A stretch of DNA of 63,863 nt, the filler included, from Atractiella rhizophila (lineage: Eukaryota): the NCBI GenBank assembly GCA_021432655.1. It is 3 parts of 2 records of this genome, joined end to end, with 100 filler letters (N's around TTAATTAATTAA, not from the genome) between each part and the next. Parts side by side here need not be neighbours in the genome. Positions count along the whole stretch, not along the records: positions 31,319 to 52,167 come from MU271344.1; 2 more parts are not named here. The stretch is one strand, 5' to 3'. Of the stretch, positions 37,480 through 51,696 are shown piece by piece. Under the pieces are notes generated by a model. The model worked only from the letters and a program-made list of their open reading frames with translations. It did not search any database and was not told the origin of the DNA. The translations under genes and the position numbers were made by a program. Position 1 is the stretch's first letter. The number at the start of each line of letters is the position of its first letter.

Positions 37480-38704
37480 GATAAGTGGAATGTCGTGAAT
37501 TCTCTGGGATGACAAGTTAGCATTGCTCTGAGAGGACTACATCCGAGAAAGAGTCACAAAACTAAACAAGGATTGTCAGTTCTATCTGCTCTCCGTTCTG
37601 GCCCAATTCTTCTGATTGGCGTTTTTCTTTTATGCTGTGGGCCAGGCGGAAGCAAATGATCATGCCCCTGGCCAGCTTGGATATCAATCGATCTTGAGTT
37701 GTGGCTTAGGCTGGATCTATGTGGCACCCCGCAAGCATATCCAAGTCAACTATTATTGCAGCACTGGCAGCCTCCTCGCACTCGCATTCTCGGAAGAGTT
37801 ATCTCACTTCCAAAGCCGTCTTCATCGGTGGGGCGGCAGGGCAATAACTGGCTCAAAACAGCGAGCATTTGAAGCCATTGTGCGGATTCTCTAAGGATCC
37901 GATGTCGGATCAGATCAAATCGCATTGTCAGCTCAGGATCCACTTTTTAAGGCTAAGCTGAAATATGAACTATGTGGCTTGCGCTTTCGCCTGCAACTAC
38001 GCCTGCCAGTGCATACTCCAGATGAGTAAATGCCGTTATTTTACGGCCCTTCTTCAAGCAGACGACTGGAAGCGTTGCCTTGATGGCACGGTTCTTGCAG
38101 CAGTTCTTGCTGCACAGCTGTTCTTCGCTTCTACATGCACGAGGCGATATATATCATGGCTTACACGATCCATCTTGGAGCCCTCCTTAGAAGGGGTCAA
38201 ACACTGACTAAAAGAAAAGCATATCCGATCGAAGGAATGTGCTTACCTTTTGGTATTACTGGTAATGCAGAATCTATCCTTCGCGTGGATTTCTCTGTTC
38301 CTGAAATTCCTCACACGGTGCAGTGCCTTCCCAGATCCCAGATCTCACACTTCCAGCTGTTGCAGTTCGAGTTTCGACAACTTTGAAAACTCAAACCAAA
38401 CTCAGCTCCGAACCTTTCGCTCGTGTTCATTAAACGTTGGTAACCTTGCACAGGCTAAACCGAGCGGGTGTTGCTTGATCTGGTGCTTGTTCCGCATCCT
38501 TATAAATTTGGCGAACTTCCTTTGAGATTGGGATCGTCCTCACCGATATCCTCCTCTGATCGGCTCAGCTCCCTTTCACCTCTAATCCGCGCTTCTCATG
38601 TCTGGCGACCGCCAAATCGTACCTTTCGATTCACCTTTGCTCCTCTATCAAGGTCGCTGGACGTACCGAGAGGATGAGCAGTCCACAAAATTCGTAGGCA
38701 CATC

Positions 38705-40078
38705 ATGGGCTTCGTCGACCATTTCATTCATAACGACGAGGTGTGTCGTTCTTCAGTGGCGGTGAGGTTTGTCTGAGGCAGGGGTAGCTCCTTTGTTACA
38801 TTATCCCTCAACTACACGTCTAGAAATCGCGATCGAGATGGAAGGCAAATGCATAACAAGGTGCTTGGACACAGGGTGTGGGAGCGGGCAGAAGATGGAA
38901 GCTGGAAGGAACTTTGGGATGCAAAAACTGTAAGCTTGGCGCAAGCTGAAGGTGCGTGTTCCATCCAGGGAAGCTCGGGTCTTGTCAAGACGTAACTGGC
39001 AGAGTACGGCGAGGTGTGGATCTACCACTCCCGTGCACCGGGAATCGAGCGCAAAGTGCTTGTGGGCAGTTTAGATTGTTTTACCTTTCTAGAGCTGGAT
39101 GCGATCTACGCCGACTCAGTACGCTTGTCCTTTCGCTCATATGACGATTACTGACCGTTCCTCCTTCAAGCCTCAACTTTGTCCGCTGCCTCCGATATCA
39201 CACAATCCTCCCGTTCGAATGCTCGTCATCGGTTCCTCCGCTTCTACCGGTTACTCTCTCTCGTTTGATCCATCAAGCCATAAAGATCGGGAACATCGGA
39301 TGGGTTCTTGGGAAAGCTACCCCTTTGTTGCTCAGAATTGTCTCAATCGAGATCTGCCGCCAGAGGAAGATGGGAAGTTTCTTATTTCGCAAGTCATTGG
39401 ATACGCAGAGAAACCTCTTTGCACAAGGCAGGAAAAAGGTATGGGAGAACTGTTTTGGGGCGTGAGTCCGCCGCTTATTTGGATGGGGAACGCTGATCTC
39501 ATTCGTGTTCGTGGAATAGGTTTCACCATGGGATGACGAGCGTTGGGATTTCGAGACTCAGAAAGGATACCCCTTGAACAATATTTCAAACCTTGGTCCA
39601 ACAGCGATCCTCGTGGTGCTTGGTAGGTTGACATTTGGAACACACTTTGTCCATTGTTGATGGTGGAGTTACTGTGTCAGGCACTTCCGATCTCGAGCAG
39701 TCTATTCCTCTAGCTCAATTTGAGCAATCGCTTTCCACATTGCTCCGACAGCTTATAATATACTTCTCCGAAACCCTGCGAGATATCATCATCGTTGTAT
39801 GTGTTTCTCCGTTCCTTTTCAACGTCATTCAAGTTGTAGACCAGCCTCCTCTTCCCACCCACGTAAACGCTCCTCATTGGACCCAAGCCCTTGCAGGCTT
39901 CACTCTCCCCACCATTCCTGCCGGCACAACTATTCCTCGTCTACATTACTGGAATATCTGGAGAACGTTGCAACGGGACGCACATTTCGACACTACCAGT
40001 GTGTTGAACAAGTCTGGTCAAGAAAGAGCAGGCCAAGAACTCGCGCGTCTGATACGAGAGGAGGGATGGCCGATTTAG
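38705..40078 (+). CDS. Divergent SGNH/GDSL-hydrolase-like protein (multi-exon)
   Basis: Block-I-like RMLVIGSSASTGY, SWESYPFV, helix FEQSLSTLLRQL...IIIV, terminal LNKSGQERAGQELARLI. Exon structure only partly resolved. Confidence 0.45.
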
Positions 40079-41202
40079 TCACCCTGAGAGGAGCGTCCAA
40101 GCTGCACGATGTACATGGAAGCCGTGGGGTCGCCTCGTTTTGCGGTCCCAAGTTAGACAGAGAATGGTGATCGTTGACCAGTGCAGTTCGGGTCCACAGT
40201 AAACTTATGGGATTTCAATCAAAGATTTGTAGGACTTGAAATTTTGGGCATTATGTTGTTCAGGTGTTCGATTAGTGCTCAGCTGTTTATCAATCAAGCA
40301 TGTCAATCTCGTTTCTCTCTGCACTCCTGCACTACCTCACGCTTTGTTCGCTTTGCAGGAAATCAAAGGTTCCAACACTGCTACTAATGTCTTCCAAGTC
40401 AATGCAAATAGTGTATGCTTGGACAACAATGTGCTTCTTGTCTTCAACGCCGCCAAATAAGTACGGATCTTGTGACAATGAATAGCGCATCAACAAGTAC
40501 AAACAAACTCTTGTTCTTGTCTGTGACAAAACTTACCCTTAAGCTTTAAGTTAGAGCGACTCAAACAGGGCAGCACGTAGTCATTCAATGATGAGCAGAC
40601 TCAATATATATTTCTTTTTTGACCGCGAGTACCATCATAAACACAGGACAGGAATTTCCAGCAGCAGGACAAGTCTTGACGAACTGAATGAAGGGATAGA
40701 AGATACACGATTGATCCAAAATCGAACGGGCGACGACGCCTTCTACAAAGAATAGATCATTGATTGAAATTCTAAGTAAACGTGACCCAAAATTGAAGTT
40801 CTGTTTTATCGAAGGACGCCGACGGATCACAGAAAAAAGAAATTGACATCCACGAAACACAGCCTGCTAAACTGATGCAATGACAGATCGCTAAGTAACA
40901 ACCCAACAAAAAAGAGGAGAAAAAATTCTTGTGACGAGACGTGAGGCCAATTGAGATATTGTGGACGAGACTTGAAAGGAATAGATGTTTTTTTTTTGGG
41001 AGGATATAGGATGTGGAGGTGTAGAGGATGAAACGGGTTGGGGGTATTCTAAACGACGAAAGAGGTGGTTGAATAACATAACTGATTCGGGAGCACAATG
41101 GAAGGTCGAGTCTACGTGGACACCATTCGGAATGAAGAGGGCTGATTCCCTTGGAAATTGATGTTTTGGCTTCCTGTTTCCTTTGGAAAACCATCAGGAG
41201 CG

Positions 41203-42743
<1,541 letters not shown>

Positions 42744-44999
42744 GAATTGTTTTGATTAAGGAAATTGTCGGTTGGTTTGCGGAGTAGGCTGATAGGCGAT
42801 TTGTCGAACCGAGAAAAGGAGGAATTGCCCAAGGTCGAGGAAAGAGAGAAGGTGGTGAAATTGAGTGAACTATGACAGTGAGACAGAAGCCCGCCTTCTG
42901 GCGGGCCGCGTCGCTGGTTGGAGTCGAAAAGTGGGTTGTTACTAATAGGCGAAGGCGAGGTTAATAAGTGCGTCTGTCGTGTTTTGTGTTGCGAGAAAGA
43001 TGAAATGCTAAGCATCTACAATCAATATCTCCATCGTACACTGTGCTCTCCCACGTACTGAAAAAGAAGAGGAAATATGAGGCGGAAGCAAGGTAAAAGA
43101 TGCGATCGTACAGCTGGATATACACAGGAATAGTAGAAGAGTTCGAAATAAACGATGTGTATTGGAGAGATGGAATATGCTGACGATGAGTTTGGCTCTG
43201 TTGAAGAATCCTTGCTATTTAGCTTCTCGCCAAATCATGACTGCATAAGGCTGAAATTTGGGTGAATGGACAAAGACATCCCACAAAATGGAACCGATCA
43301 AGGTTGCTCTGACCCTTGTATTGCCACTGATCGCTGGAATAAGCGATCAAAGGGTGCATTTCTGACTGTGCATGTCTTCGTTTAGATACCGTGGGCAACT
43401 CCAAACCCTCTGAACCAGGGTACCAAGAAACTGGAGGGGATGGGAAGGAGAGTTTACAAAAAACGTGCTAAATTGGAGTCGATCTAGAACAGCAGACCTC
43501 CCCAAAAGTCGAACAATGTGAACTCAATTTGCAGCCTGCAACCAGCTGTCACAAAGTTAGGAAAAAAAGAAATTTCGTTAAACTTGCTTTGCACAGAGGA
43601 CCCCTCAACTTACTCCTCATTCTCCAGGTGTAGGCGTGAAGCCAATGACTAGGAATAAACCTTTCTCACCCTCAAATCTCACCCGAGGGGTAATCGCGCA
43701 AATCACGGCTTATTACACATCACAGTTTGAACAAGGGACGAAATCACTCCTCTTTGTTACCACACCTTCTCTAATAACAGAAGCGAGGACACACTGATGA
43801 ACTTTCTGTGCCCACAATAGTCAGGGCGAAGAGTCCTCAAGCTGGGCAGCTGATGCCCTTGAGGCCTCAGCACAAGCATGGGAGCGGGAGATAGCATGTC
43901 GGACGATCGCCTTTGAAATAGGCAGCGACGCATGCTCTCAATATATGCCCAAGGTTAACTCCCGAACCACAATTCTTCCTTCTCACTCCTCTGCTCTCTG
44001 CGGCATCGAGAGTAGTTTCAGGGAAGGATACGAACATTGCAAGTGAAAGCAGCACAAATATGCGAACAAGTCAGTGGTAAACTCACAGGTATAATTTATC
44101 GCCAAATTCCTGTCCCAGATTCGTAATGCGCTGTCGGTTGTGAACAAAAGCTATCCAGTATCCAAATTCTTCGTCAATTCGAGATGCGACAACACCATGC
44201 TCAGCACACTCAAAATAAGTGCTGCATCCTCCCGAGTACTTTGGTACACGAAACACAAGCTGCCCCAGACGAGGCTGGATGGAGGGAGGGGACTGGGCTG
44301 GATGACGGTCGTCCAGAGAGATCGAAACAAAAGAAATAAGATTTCGGCCTTCCATCCAAACAGGGCTGCATCCATGATTTGTTTGCGAAAGATTTCTAGA
44401 TTTACGCAAGGACGTTTAATCCAAAAGGAAAGGGAAAGCGACCTTTCAATTCACTGTTGAATGACAGAATGCAGCAATCAAAGCGGGGGCAAGTTTCACG
44501 TGCATTTCAGCGGATCTGTCGCCCAGTTGGTTCTGCCCATTTCATGACGAAGCAAGAGGCCACATGATAATGGACGCTTCAAGTTCACCTGCTTGACTTC
44601 CCCTGACATGGACTAGGCATAGATCAAAGCAGACACCCCTTGCTGGCGACCTTTCCTTAAGTTTGGAAAGAAATGCGGTCAGGATAAGCTTCACAATATG
44701 CCGAACCTAACCTTCTCACACAGACGCTCAAACTCTAACTTTTTTCAGCCAACCTGCCAGCACCCAGCAACATTTATTGGTTAACATTGTTCTTCTCCCT
44801 GCAACCGAAGGGACCTTCTCGGAGCCTGCGAGGTGCTGACTTGTTATCCCTTATAACCAGCTTCATTTGGAGAGAGGGTGGAGAAGACGTGGCCATAGGG
44901 TTATTGGATTGGTGCATTTCGCATTTTGGTGTTGAGGGAGAAGACTTCAACTCATAAGTGAGTCTTTCCACCGCCATTCTTTCCGCTTTCAGCACCCAC

Positions 45000-46500
45000 C
45001 ATTTTTTCGGTAGAAAAGGATCCTACTTGTCCAAGCTAGTCGTTTCTTGAGGTACTAGCGAAGCGTTTTCTTCACTTATCCTTCGTTTATTTCCTGGGCA
45101 TCTCATACGGAGCGGACTTATTATTATGAGATGAAGAAGCGGCTTCGTACTGGAACTAGACGTTTCCTCAAGAAAATCGTGGTCTAGTAGTGAGAATCTC
45201 ATAGTACATAACAAAGTCGTTCTTCGTCGAAAAGTCCCGTTGCCACCCTTACTTAGTAGGAAACAGGTTCTTAGGTAAGTGTTCCTTCCTAACGTTATCC
45301 AGAGCCTCTGTTATAGCGCAAAGATCGAACCTTCTTCTAAGTGCTTCGAAGTTAAAAAANNNNNNNNNNNNNNNNNNNNNNNNNNNNNNNNNNNNNNNNN
45401 NNNNNNNNNNNNNNNNNNNNNNNNNNNNNNNNNNNNNNNNNNNNNNNNNNNNNNNNNNNNNNNNNNNNNNNNNNNNNNNNNNNNNNNNNNNNNNNNNNNN
45501 NNNNNNNNNNNNNNNNNNNNNNNNNNNNNNNNNNNNNNNNNNNNNNNNNNNNNNNNNNNNNNNNNNNNNNNNNNNNNNNNNNNNNNNNNNCTCCCAGGTA
45601 CCTGGCATAAATGGAAAAGCCTTAACAAGTTCTTCCTTAAATGTCCAAGCACCCTACAGACCATAGGGCGGTCCGTTGTATCGCGGATAGGCGAAACGAT
45701 CCGCAAGCTCTTCGAGCACCATTCCGCAACTTCCCCCCATCAGCCCTCCTTCTGGTTCTACGAGGTACTCAAGGCGACGTTAGCTCTAAGTTGAACCTGG
45801 ATTCTCCTTTCATCTGTATGTATGTGGTACTGTTGCTCCCGAGCGGACCTCTCTTCGTAGCGTTCCAATTCGCGGTTTCTTCCATAAGCCGATCACAAAG
45901 TTAACCTATATCGCTAAGGAATTAAGGTCGAAGAGCGTTCAGTCATTTGCAGTACTTTTTCCCATGCGAGTGTCCACTAGGGGTTGTTGTAGGGAGCAAG
46001 CCGCGGTCGCCGGGGTCTTGGCTCTTTACCTCCGTAATAAGGTCCCCATAGAAACTGTATCTAATCTCCGAGGACCGACTAAAATTGATTAAGACTTTAT
46101 CTCGCACAATTTGGACCTATCCGAGGTCACTGTCGACGAAACGGATATACTGGGGAGTCAAGTCGTGGTTACGCCGCTCTCTTACTAAGGATGGAAAAGC
46201 GCACGGCTGAGAAGCCTCACATAAGTTGTCACTGCTAAAGGGATGCAAACCGTAGGGCTATTACTCCTAGGAGTAAATGAGCGACGAGAAGAAGACTATG
46301 TAAGGATGAAAAACGGGAGAGGTGTTCGTCTACTATGTTCGGAGAGTGAACGAAGAGCTCGACCCATAACTAGGTATGCTGAACTAGTCGGGAGGGGAAC
46401 AAGTAGTGCCGTAAGCATTATCCAGAGAGGTTGAGTCCGACTCGGTTTAGGGAGAAGGGTATTTGATACTAGGCGGGGTTGAGCCGAGGGTTGGCTTCAG
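45000..46500 (-). mobile_element. Degenerate retrotransposon relic, probably Ty3/gypsy gag (contains gap 45360-45590)
   Basis: Stop-interrupted frame with ...GAWTFKEELVKAF... and ...FFNFEALRRRF..., resembling gag capsid helices; dinucleotide composition differs sharply from the flanks. Confidence 0.4.
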
Positions 46501-46775
46501 TACTCGAGGATCACTTTCCACCACCACCACCTCCGCTTCCAGAAAGTGGGGAGCCAGAATTCGATTATTCTGTACCGGAGCAGCAGGCGGATCCCAAGCT
46601 GTCCATTCTCGATTTAGGTTGGAAGAAAGATTGGGTAAAGACCCAAGGTGGAATTCAGCAGGCAGTCACCATGGCTTTAAATAAGAGGGAGGAACTCAGT
46701 GCGAGGGAGTGGACGAAGCGGCATAAGGAGGTGAAAAAGGTGATGAAACAGGAAGGAATGCATAGAGCGCGATGA
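46479..46775 (+). CDS. Possible 3' fragment of an unidentified gene
   Basis: Protein-like ORF lacking an ATG start (PPPPP...DLGWKKDWVKTQGGIQQAV...) directly after the relic. Confidence 0.25.
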   Translation: MSRGLASVLEDHFPPPPPPLPESGEPEFDYSVPEQQADPKLSILDLGWKKDWVKTQGGIQQAVTMALNKREELSAREWTKRHKEVKKVMKQEGMHRAR

Positions 46776-47133
46776 GGCAATAATCTGTCAGCATTATCCC
46801 CCCTTTCCATTATTTATAAACCACAAGGCAAACGCACTCTTTCTCCCTAAGTAATTCATCAGAAGCAGCGAAAACAAGAAGTGTGAATTCTGCATTGCAG
46901 GGCAAAAGGATGGCTGTCATTGGTCGCCGTTAATTTTAGGTTTGCTGTTGGAGCTGTGGCAAGAAGGCCGTAAAACGCGAACTGAGTGATCGATCGAGTA
47001 AGAAACATTGCAGCAACGGCGAAAGCGTGAGGATTTCATTATTACTACCTCTGACTCTGATAAAAAGGCGCGCAGTTACAGGCAAAAATCCTCTCCAACT
47101 CATAACCAAGTGGAAAAACAGTAAAGAAACGAA

Positions 47134-48880
47134 ATGTCCAAATCGAACGGAATGCCGATGGCCAATGGAAAGGCTCACCTGAGCTCGAAGGAATGCATGG
47201 CGTTGGAGGATCAGTATGGAGCGCACAAGTAAGAGAGTTTGCTTTTCAACTTGAGGATGGTGCTGTAGACGTTTGCTGAAATTCTGCTCTCATTGGAGCG
47301 AAATATATCGATGAGTTACTGAGCGATGTCCTTCTTTAGCTACCATCCGTTGCCGATTGTATTCGACAAAGCATCTGGAGCGCATGTCTGGGATCCTGAA
47401 GGAAAGCGCTACATCGATATGCTGTCTGCGTACTCTGCGGTTAACCAGGGACATTGCCATCCTCGAATACTCGAAGCTCTCACAACTCAGGCATCCCGTC
47501 TGACTCTCTCCTCTCGAGCCTTTCACACTACCTCTCTCGGACCGTTTGCGAAGAAAATAACGTCTCTTTTAGGATTTGATCGCCTCCTCCCTATGAATAC
47601 CGGCACAGAAGCTGTTGAAACCGCCTTGAAAATCGCAAGGAAGTGGGGATACGAAAAGAAAGGCATTACGGAAGGACAGGCGATCATCTTAAGCGCTGAA
47701 GGCAATTTTCATGGGAGAACGCTGGGGGTTATTAGTTTGAGCACTGAGGAGGAAAGTAGGAAAGGTTTTGGGCCGTACCTTTCTCGTGTGGGTGCGGTTT
47801 GCCCTGCTGGAGCAGGGAAGATTCGTTATGGCAACATCGAAGATCTTAAGAAGGCATTGGAGCAACACGGAAAGGAAACAGCAGCTTTCCTCGTGGAGCC
47901 TATTCAAGGGGAAGCGGGGTAAGTGTTCGTTTGCCTGTCCTTGGCATGTGGGATTAACGGTGGGATGGTTCGAGGCAGTGTTGTTGTCCCACCTGAAGAT
48001 TATTTGGAGAAAGCTCAGGAACTGTGCAAGCAACACAATATCCTCCTCATCTGCGATGAGATTCAAACTGGGCTTGGTCGCACTGGCAAAATGTCGGTCT
48101 TTCTCGCACTTGTTGTGTTTAGTCGATGATGGGTTCTGCCACACTAGGTGCTGCTACGAGCACAACCCACGTGTTAAACCAGACATTATCACCCTCGGAA
48201 AGGCCCTTTCCGGTGGATTTTATCCCATCTCTGCCGTCCTGACCTCCCATGAGGTTATGGGTGTGATTAAACCTGGAGAGCATGGTTCAACTTTTGGAGG
48301 CAATCCTCGTACGCTTACACCTCCTCCTCTGATATTTAGCCAATCATGTATCACAGTTGCATGCGCGATTGGCACCGCTGCTTTAGACGTGATTGTTGAT
48401 GAGAAACTCACCGAGCGTGCTCAGAGGCTAGGCGAAGTCTTCCGTTCCGCCTTATCCACGTTGAAGAAGGATGAGAAAGTTGGTAAATGGCTTACGGAAG
48501 TTCGAGGCAAAGGTCTACTCAATGCAATAGTCATTGATGAAAGTAAGAGCACGAGGGGAAGGGGGGCTTGGGAAGTTTGTTTGCTCATGAAAGAAAGAGG
48601 TGTGCTTGCCAAACCCACACACCGCAACATGTTAGAGATTCATTTCTTCCCACCACGAAATCATTCGCTAATTTGAACGCAGAATTCGACTGGCGCCGCC
48701 ACTGACCATTGAGGAGGAAGATTTATTGCATGCTGTACAAGTGATCAAAGAGTCGCTGGAAGCTCTTGATGTGGTCAGTGTCGACTTGTGCATTTAATAA
48801 AACAATTGTCTGACAAAGAATAGGTCGACAATATTGACGATCCACATGCATCGGAGAAAATTGGTAGCATGGAGGCCTGA
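47134..48880 (+). CDS. CAR2: Ornithine aminotransferase (class III PLP enzyme)
   Basis: [86 protein letters not shown]. Confidence 0.97.
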
Positions 48881-49245
48881 AATGTCTGTTCATTCAAGTC
48901 GTTTGGATTCAATTATGGAATGTCTCATTCTCAAGGCAATTTCCACGTCCGTGTGCTGCCTCTCCACGTCGTTCTTTGTCAACTTGTTCATTGGTTCATT
49001 GAAAGCATTTTGATCATGTAGCATCACCAGAGCATATCAAATGAATGAAAGTGTTGTGAATAAAAGTTACTGCTGCCTCTTATCTACCCTCAGAAATCTG
49101 GAAAAGTAAACTCACCCCTTCGGCGGCAGCCTCACAAGCGACTCCAGATGAACAAAATTGATTAAACAGGTATCATACATAATCGATATAGGCTAATGTC
49201 CAGGGTTTTATGTGAAACAAGAATGTCAGTGTCTACTAACCGTCG

Positions 49246-51553
49246 TCATTTCGGTGTTTGCGTTAGCAGCTCCAACTCCTCCTTTAGGGCATTAACCTGT
49301 CTTTGTAACTGGCATTTCTCGTTCTCCATAGCGAGATTACGCAGCGTGAGTTCTTGGAGCTGCGTGAAGAGTTTGTTGCAGTATGTTGTCTCATGAACCT
49401 GTGATACCTGTCAGTAATAAACGCTAAAAGTCAAAGCAGGAGTATCGTACTCGGACATCGGCTTTTGTGCTCTGAAAGAGACATCCTTCAAAGACGTTTG
49501 CACATCTTACAGCTGCAATTTAGTCCCAGTAGTAGGACGACACAAAGGAATATGGCGAACCTAACATTGGGACAGATTTCTTCGTGAGCCGCCAGCTCTG
49601 AACGCTTGATTTGAGGACAGTGTGGCCTGCCGACGACCGCGCCAGGACAAGAGATGAGTGCATTGGGACATTCCTCCAGATGCTGAAGCAGCTTGTTTTG
49701 GGAGATTTGTGCGCCACAGTCACTGGTGACCTCGTTAGCGTCTTTAACGAAGCAACACGAAAGGGGCTAACATGGGGCATGGCACCTTCCTATAACCGCA
49801 CTGAACCAGGCTTGTCAACTTTTCCAGCAGTGTTGTACCTTCCTTACCTCAAGGTCGTGGAATGTACCTTCCTTACCTCAAGGTCGTGGATCAGAGCACA
49901 ATCACTCCTTCCAGACCAGTCGCAACCATGAACATGATTTCCACACTTCCTTTGTTTGCTCGCCAGTAGCTGCATGAGCTCGGACGCTGGCAACACCGCC
50001 AATCTGAGCGGCTGGTTGCACAACGCGCACTCCCATCGATTCGGGAGGTTAGAAGATCGTTGCCACTCCAAGCAACTGCACGTCATCCTCAGCCGATATT
50101 ACAGAATGACACAGACGAGAAGCATACGCTCTGCAAAATGGATGTTCGTTGTCACACCCAATGACGGGAGCGTCTAAAACTTCCAAACAAAGTGGACATT
50201 CAACATCCGTCACGTCGTCGACGAAAAGATTCGAGTCGATTCCAGAAGGTGCATTTCCAAGAGGTGCGGCAGGCGCAGGTGGAGCACGAGCACGAGGAGA
50301 GGTAACACTGTATGGCGGAATAATATTCAAAATATTGAAAGGGTTCATGGCGAAAGGAGGATCAGGGTTAGTGCGGTTGGGAAGTCGATTCGCCATATTA
50401 GCCATTCTGAGGAAGGGATCTTCGTCCTCCACTGATGCATCATTTAGGAGGATAGACTCAATCCCTGCCCTTGGTCTCACTGCTATGTCACCAATCTGGC
50501 GGGCATGTTGAGCGGTTCCTCGAATATGAGGTAACGTCCGCGATATGGCATCGTTGGCGGGTCGAGCTGCTTGGACAATGTCTTTGGGAGGTTGAGGAGG
50601 CAATACATAGTCTTTGGGCAGGCCAAGCGGTAACGTTGAATCTTCAGCTGATCGAAGTGATCAAGTGATCGGCGTCTCAACTCGACGGTCGGCGATGGGT
50701 TATGTCCTGGTTGTTTCCTGGAAGAGTGACGAACTGGTAGTGGCTTGATGGTTCTGAGTTGATAAGGTAGAGAAGCGTTGCAATCAATGCTGCCACTTCT
50801 TGAACCTGACCCTGTGTAGAAGCTGTCTAGCATCGCTGAAGACCCAACGGATACGCGCCGCGTCAGCTCGTTTGAAGAAACGTGGGCGGCGTTCCTAGGC
50901 TTATAGCCGTTGGAAGTCTTAGGCATCCTCGCTTCAATAAACTCCACGTCACCATCTGCAGGTGTAGCAGAGATTTTGCGTTTGGAGGTGCTGGCTACCG
51001 AAGGTGGTGGAAAGTAAGGGTTTACTGGCGACGCCATTTTCGAATGAGAGACCACAGGATCTGATTGACGTGATTTCTTGCGTGTCCGGCTCGACTCTTC
51101 CTCTTCAGCTTGGGTAAGGAAGCGTTCCAGCTCGTCCCGCACCGCTTTCGGAGTCGACTCCATGAGACTGAATTGTCTTGCGAAGTAAAGCAATGAGGCA
51201 GTACTGCCACTTGCGGACGCGCTTCTCACATCCTAGAACATTCAAAGACGGGCATACACAACGTATTCGTGTCATAAGAGGGAAAATGCGTGACGCACCC
51301 GTAGCACCTTCTCGAGCGTGGGCTCCCAGGGTCGTGCCACAGCTAGTGGTCGCATCTGGGCTGCATTTTTGACACCACGTTCTATAGCAGCGATATCCAT
51401 CTTGATTGAGATCTCGCTACCCAACGCTCTCGAATCCACTTCAATCAGCTCAATCCTCCTTGTCTTGCCCTTGCCCTTGCCCTTTTGCGAGCCTCGCGGC
51501 ATCCAGTCTGCGCGATCGCGCGCAGATTCACGCAACTTGTTTTGCACCACCAA
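49246..51553 (-). CDS. RING (C3HC4) plus TRAF-type zinc-finger protein with C-terminal coiled coil; 5' extent uncertain
   Basis: CPLCLEVLDAPVIGCDNEHPFCRA|C...CALC; KCGNHVHGCDW...HDLE|CGYRKVPC; HLEECPNALISCP...HEEICP; heptad-like tail. Upstream ORFs 50483-51229 and 51272-51553 are inferred to be exons. Confidence 0.75.
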
Positions 51554-51696
51554 GGTGCGAACCTTGGAAAAAGCGTTGGACCCTGTGGATGAAAGCTTAG
51601 CTGACTTAGACTAGTTGAAAGTCCACGAGCGCAATGATGACAATCCAGCTTCGTTGTAGAATGGGACTACATAAACGTCACTCTTTGACAGGCACT

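Noticed and set aside
38250..38390. Minus-strand FRNREIHAKDRFCITS resembling a fungal HNH-nuclease motif
   Set aside because: Isolated, flanked by stops, with no downstream HNH residues.
47229..47339. Possible C/D snoRNA in the first OAT intron (TGAGGA...CTGA...CGATGA...CTGA)
   Set aside because: Box C is non-canonical, the last CTGA coincides with the branch site, and I recognised no rRNA-complementary guide.
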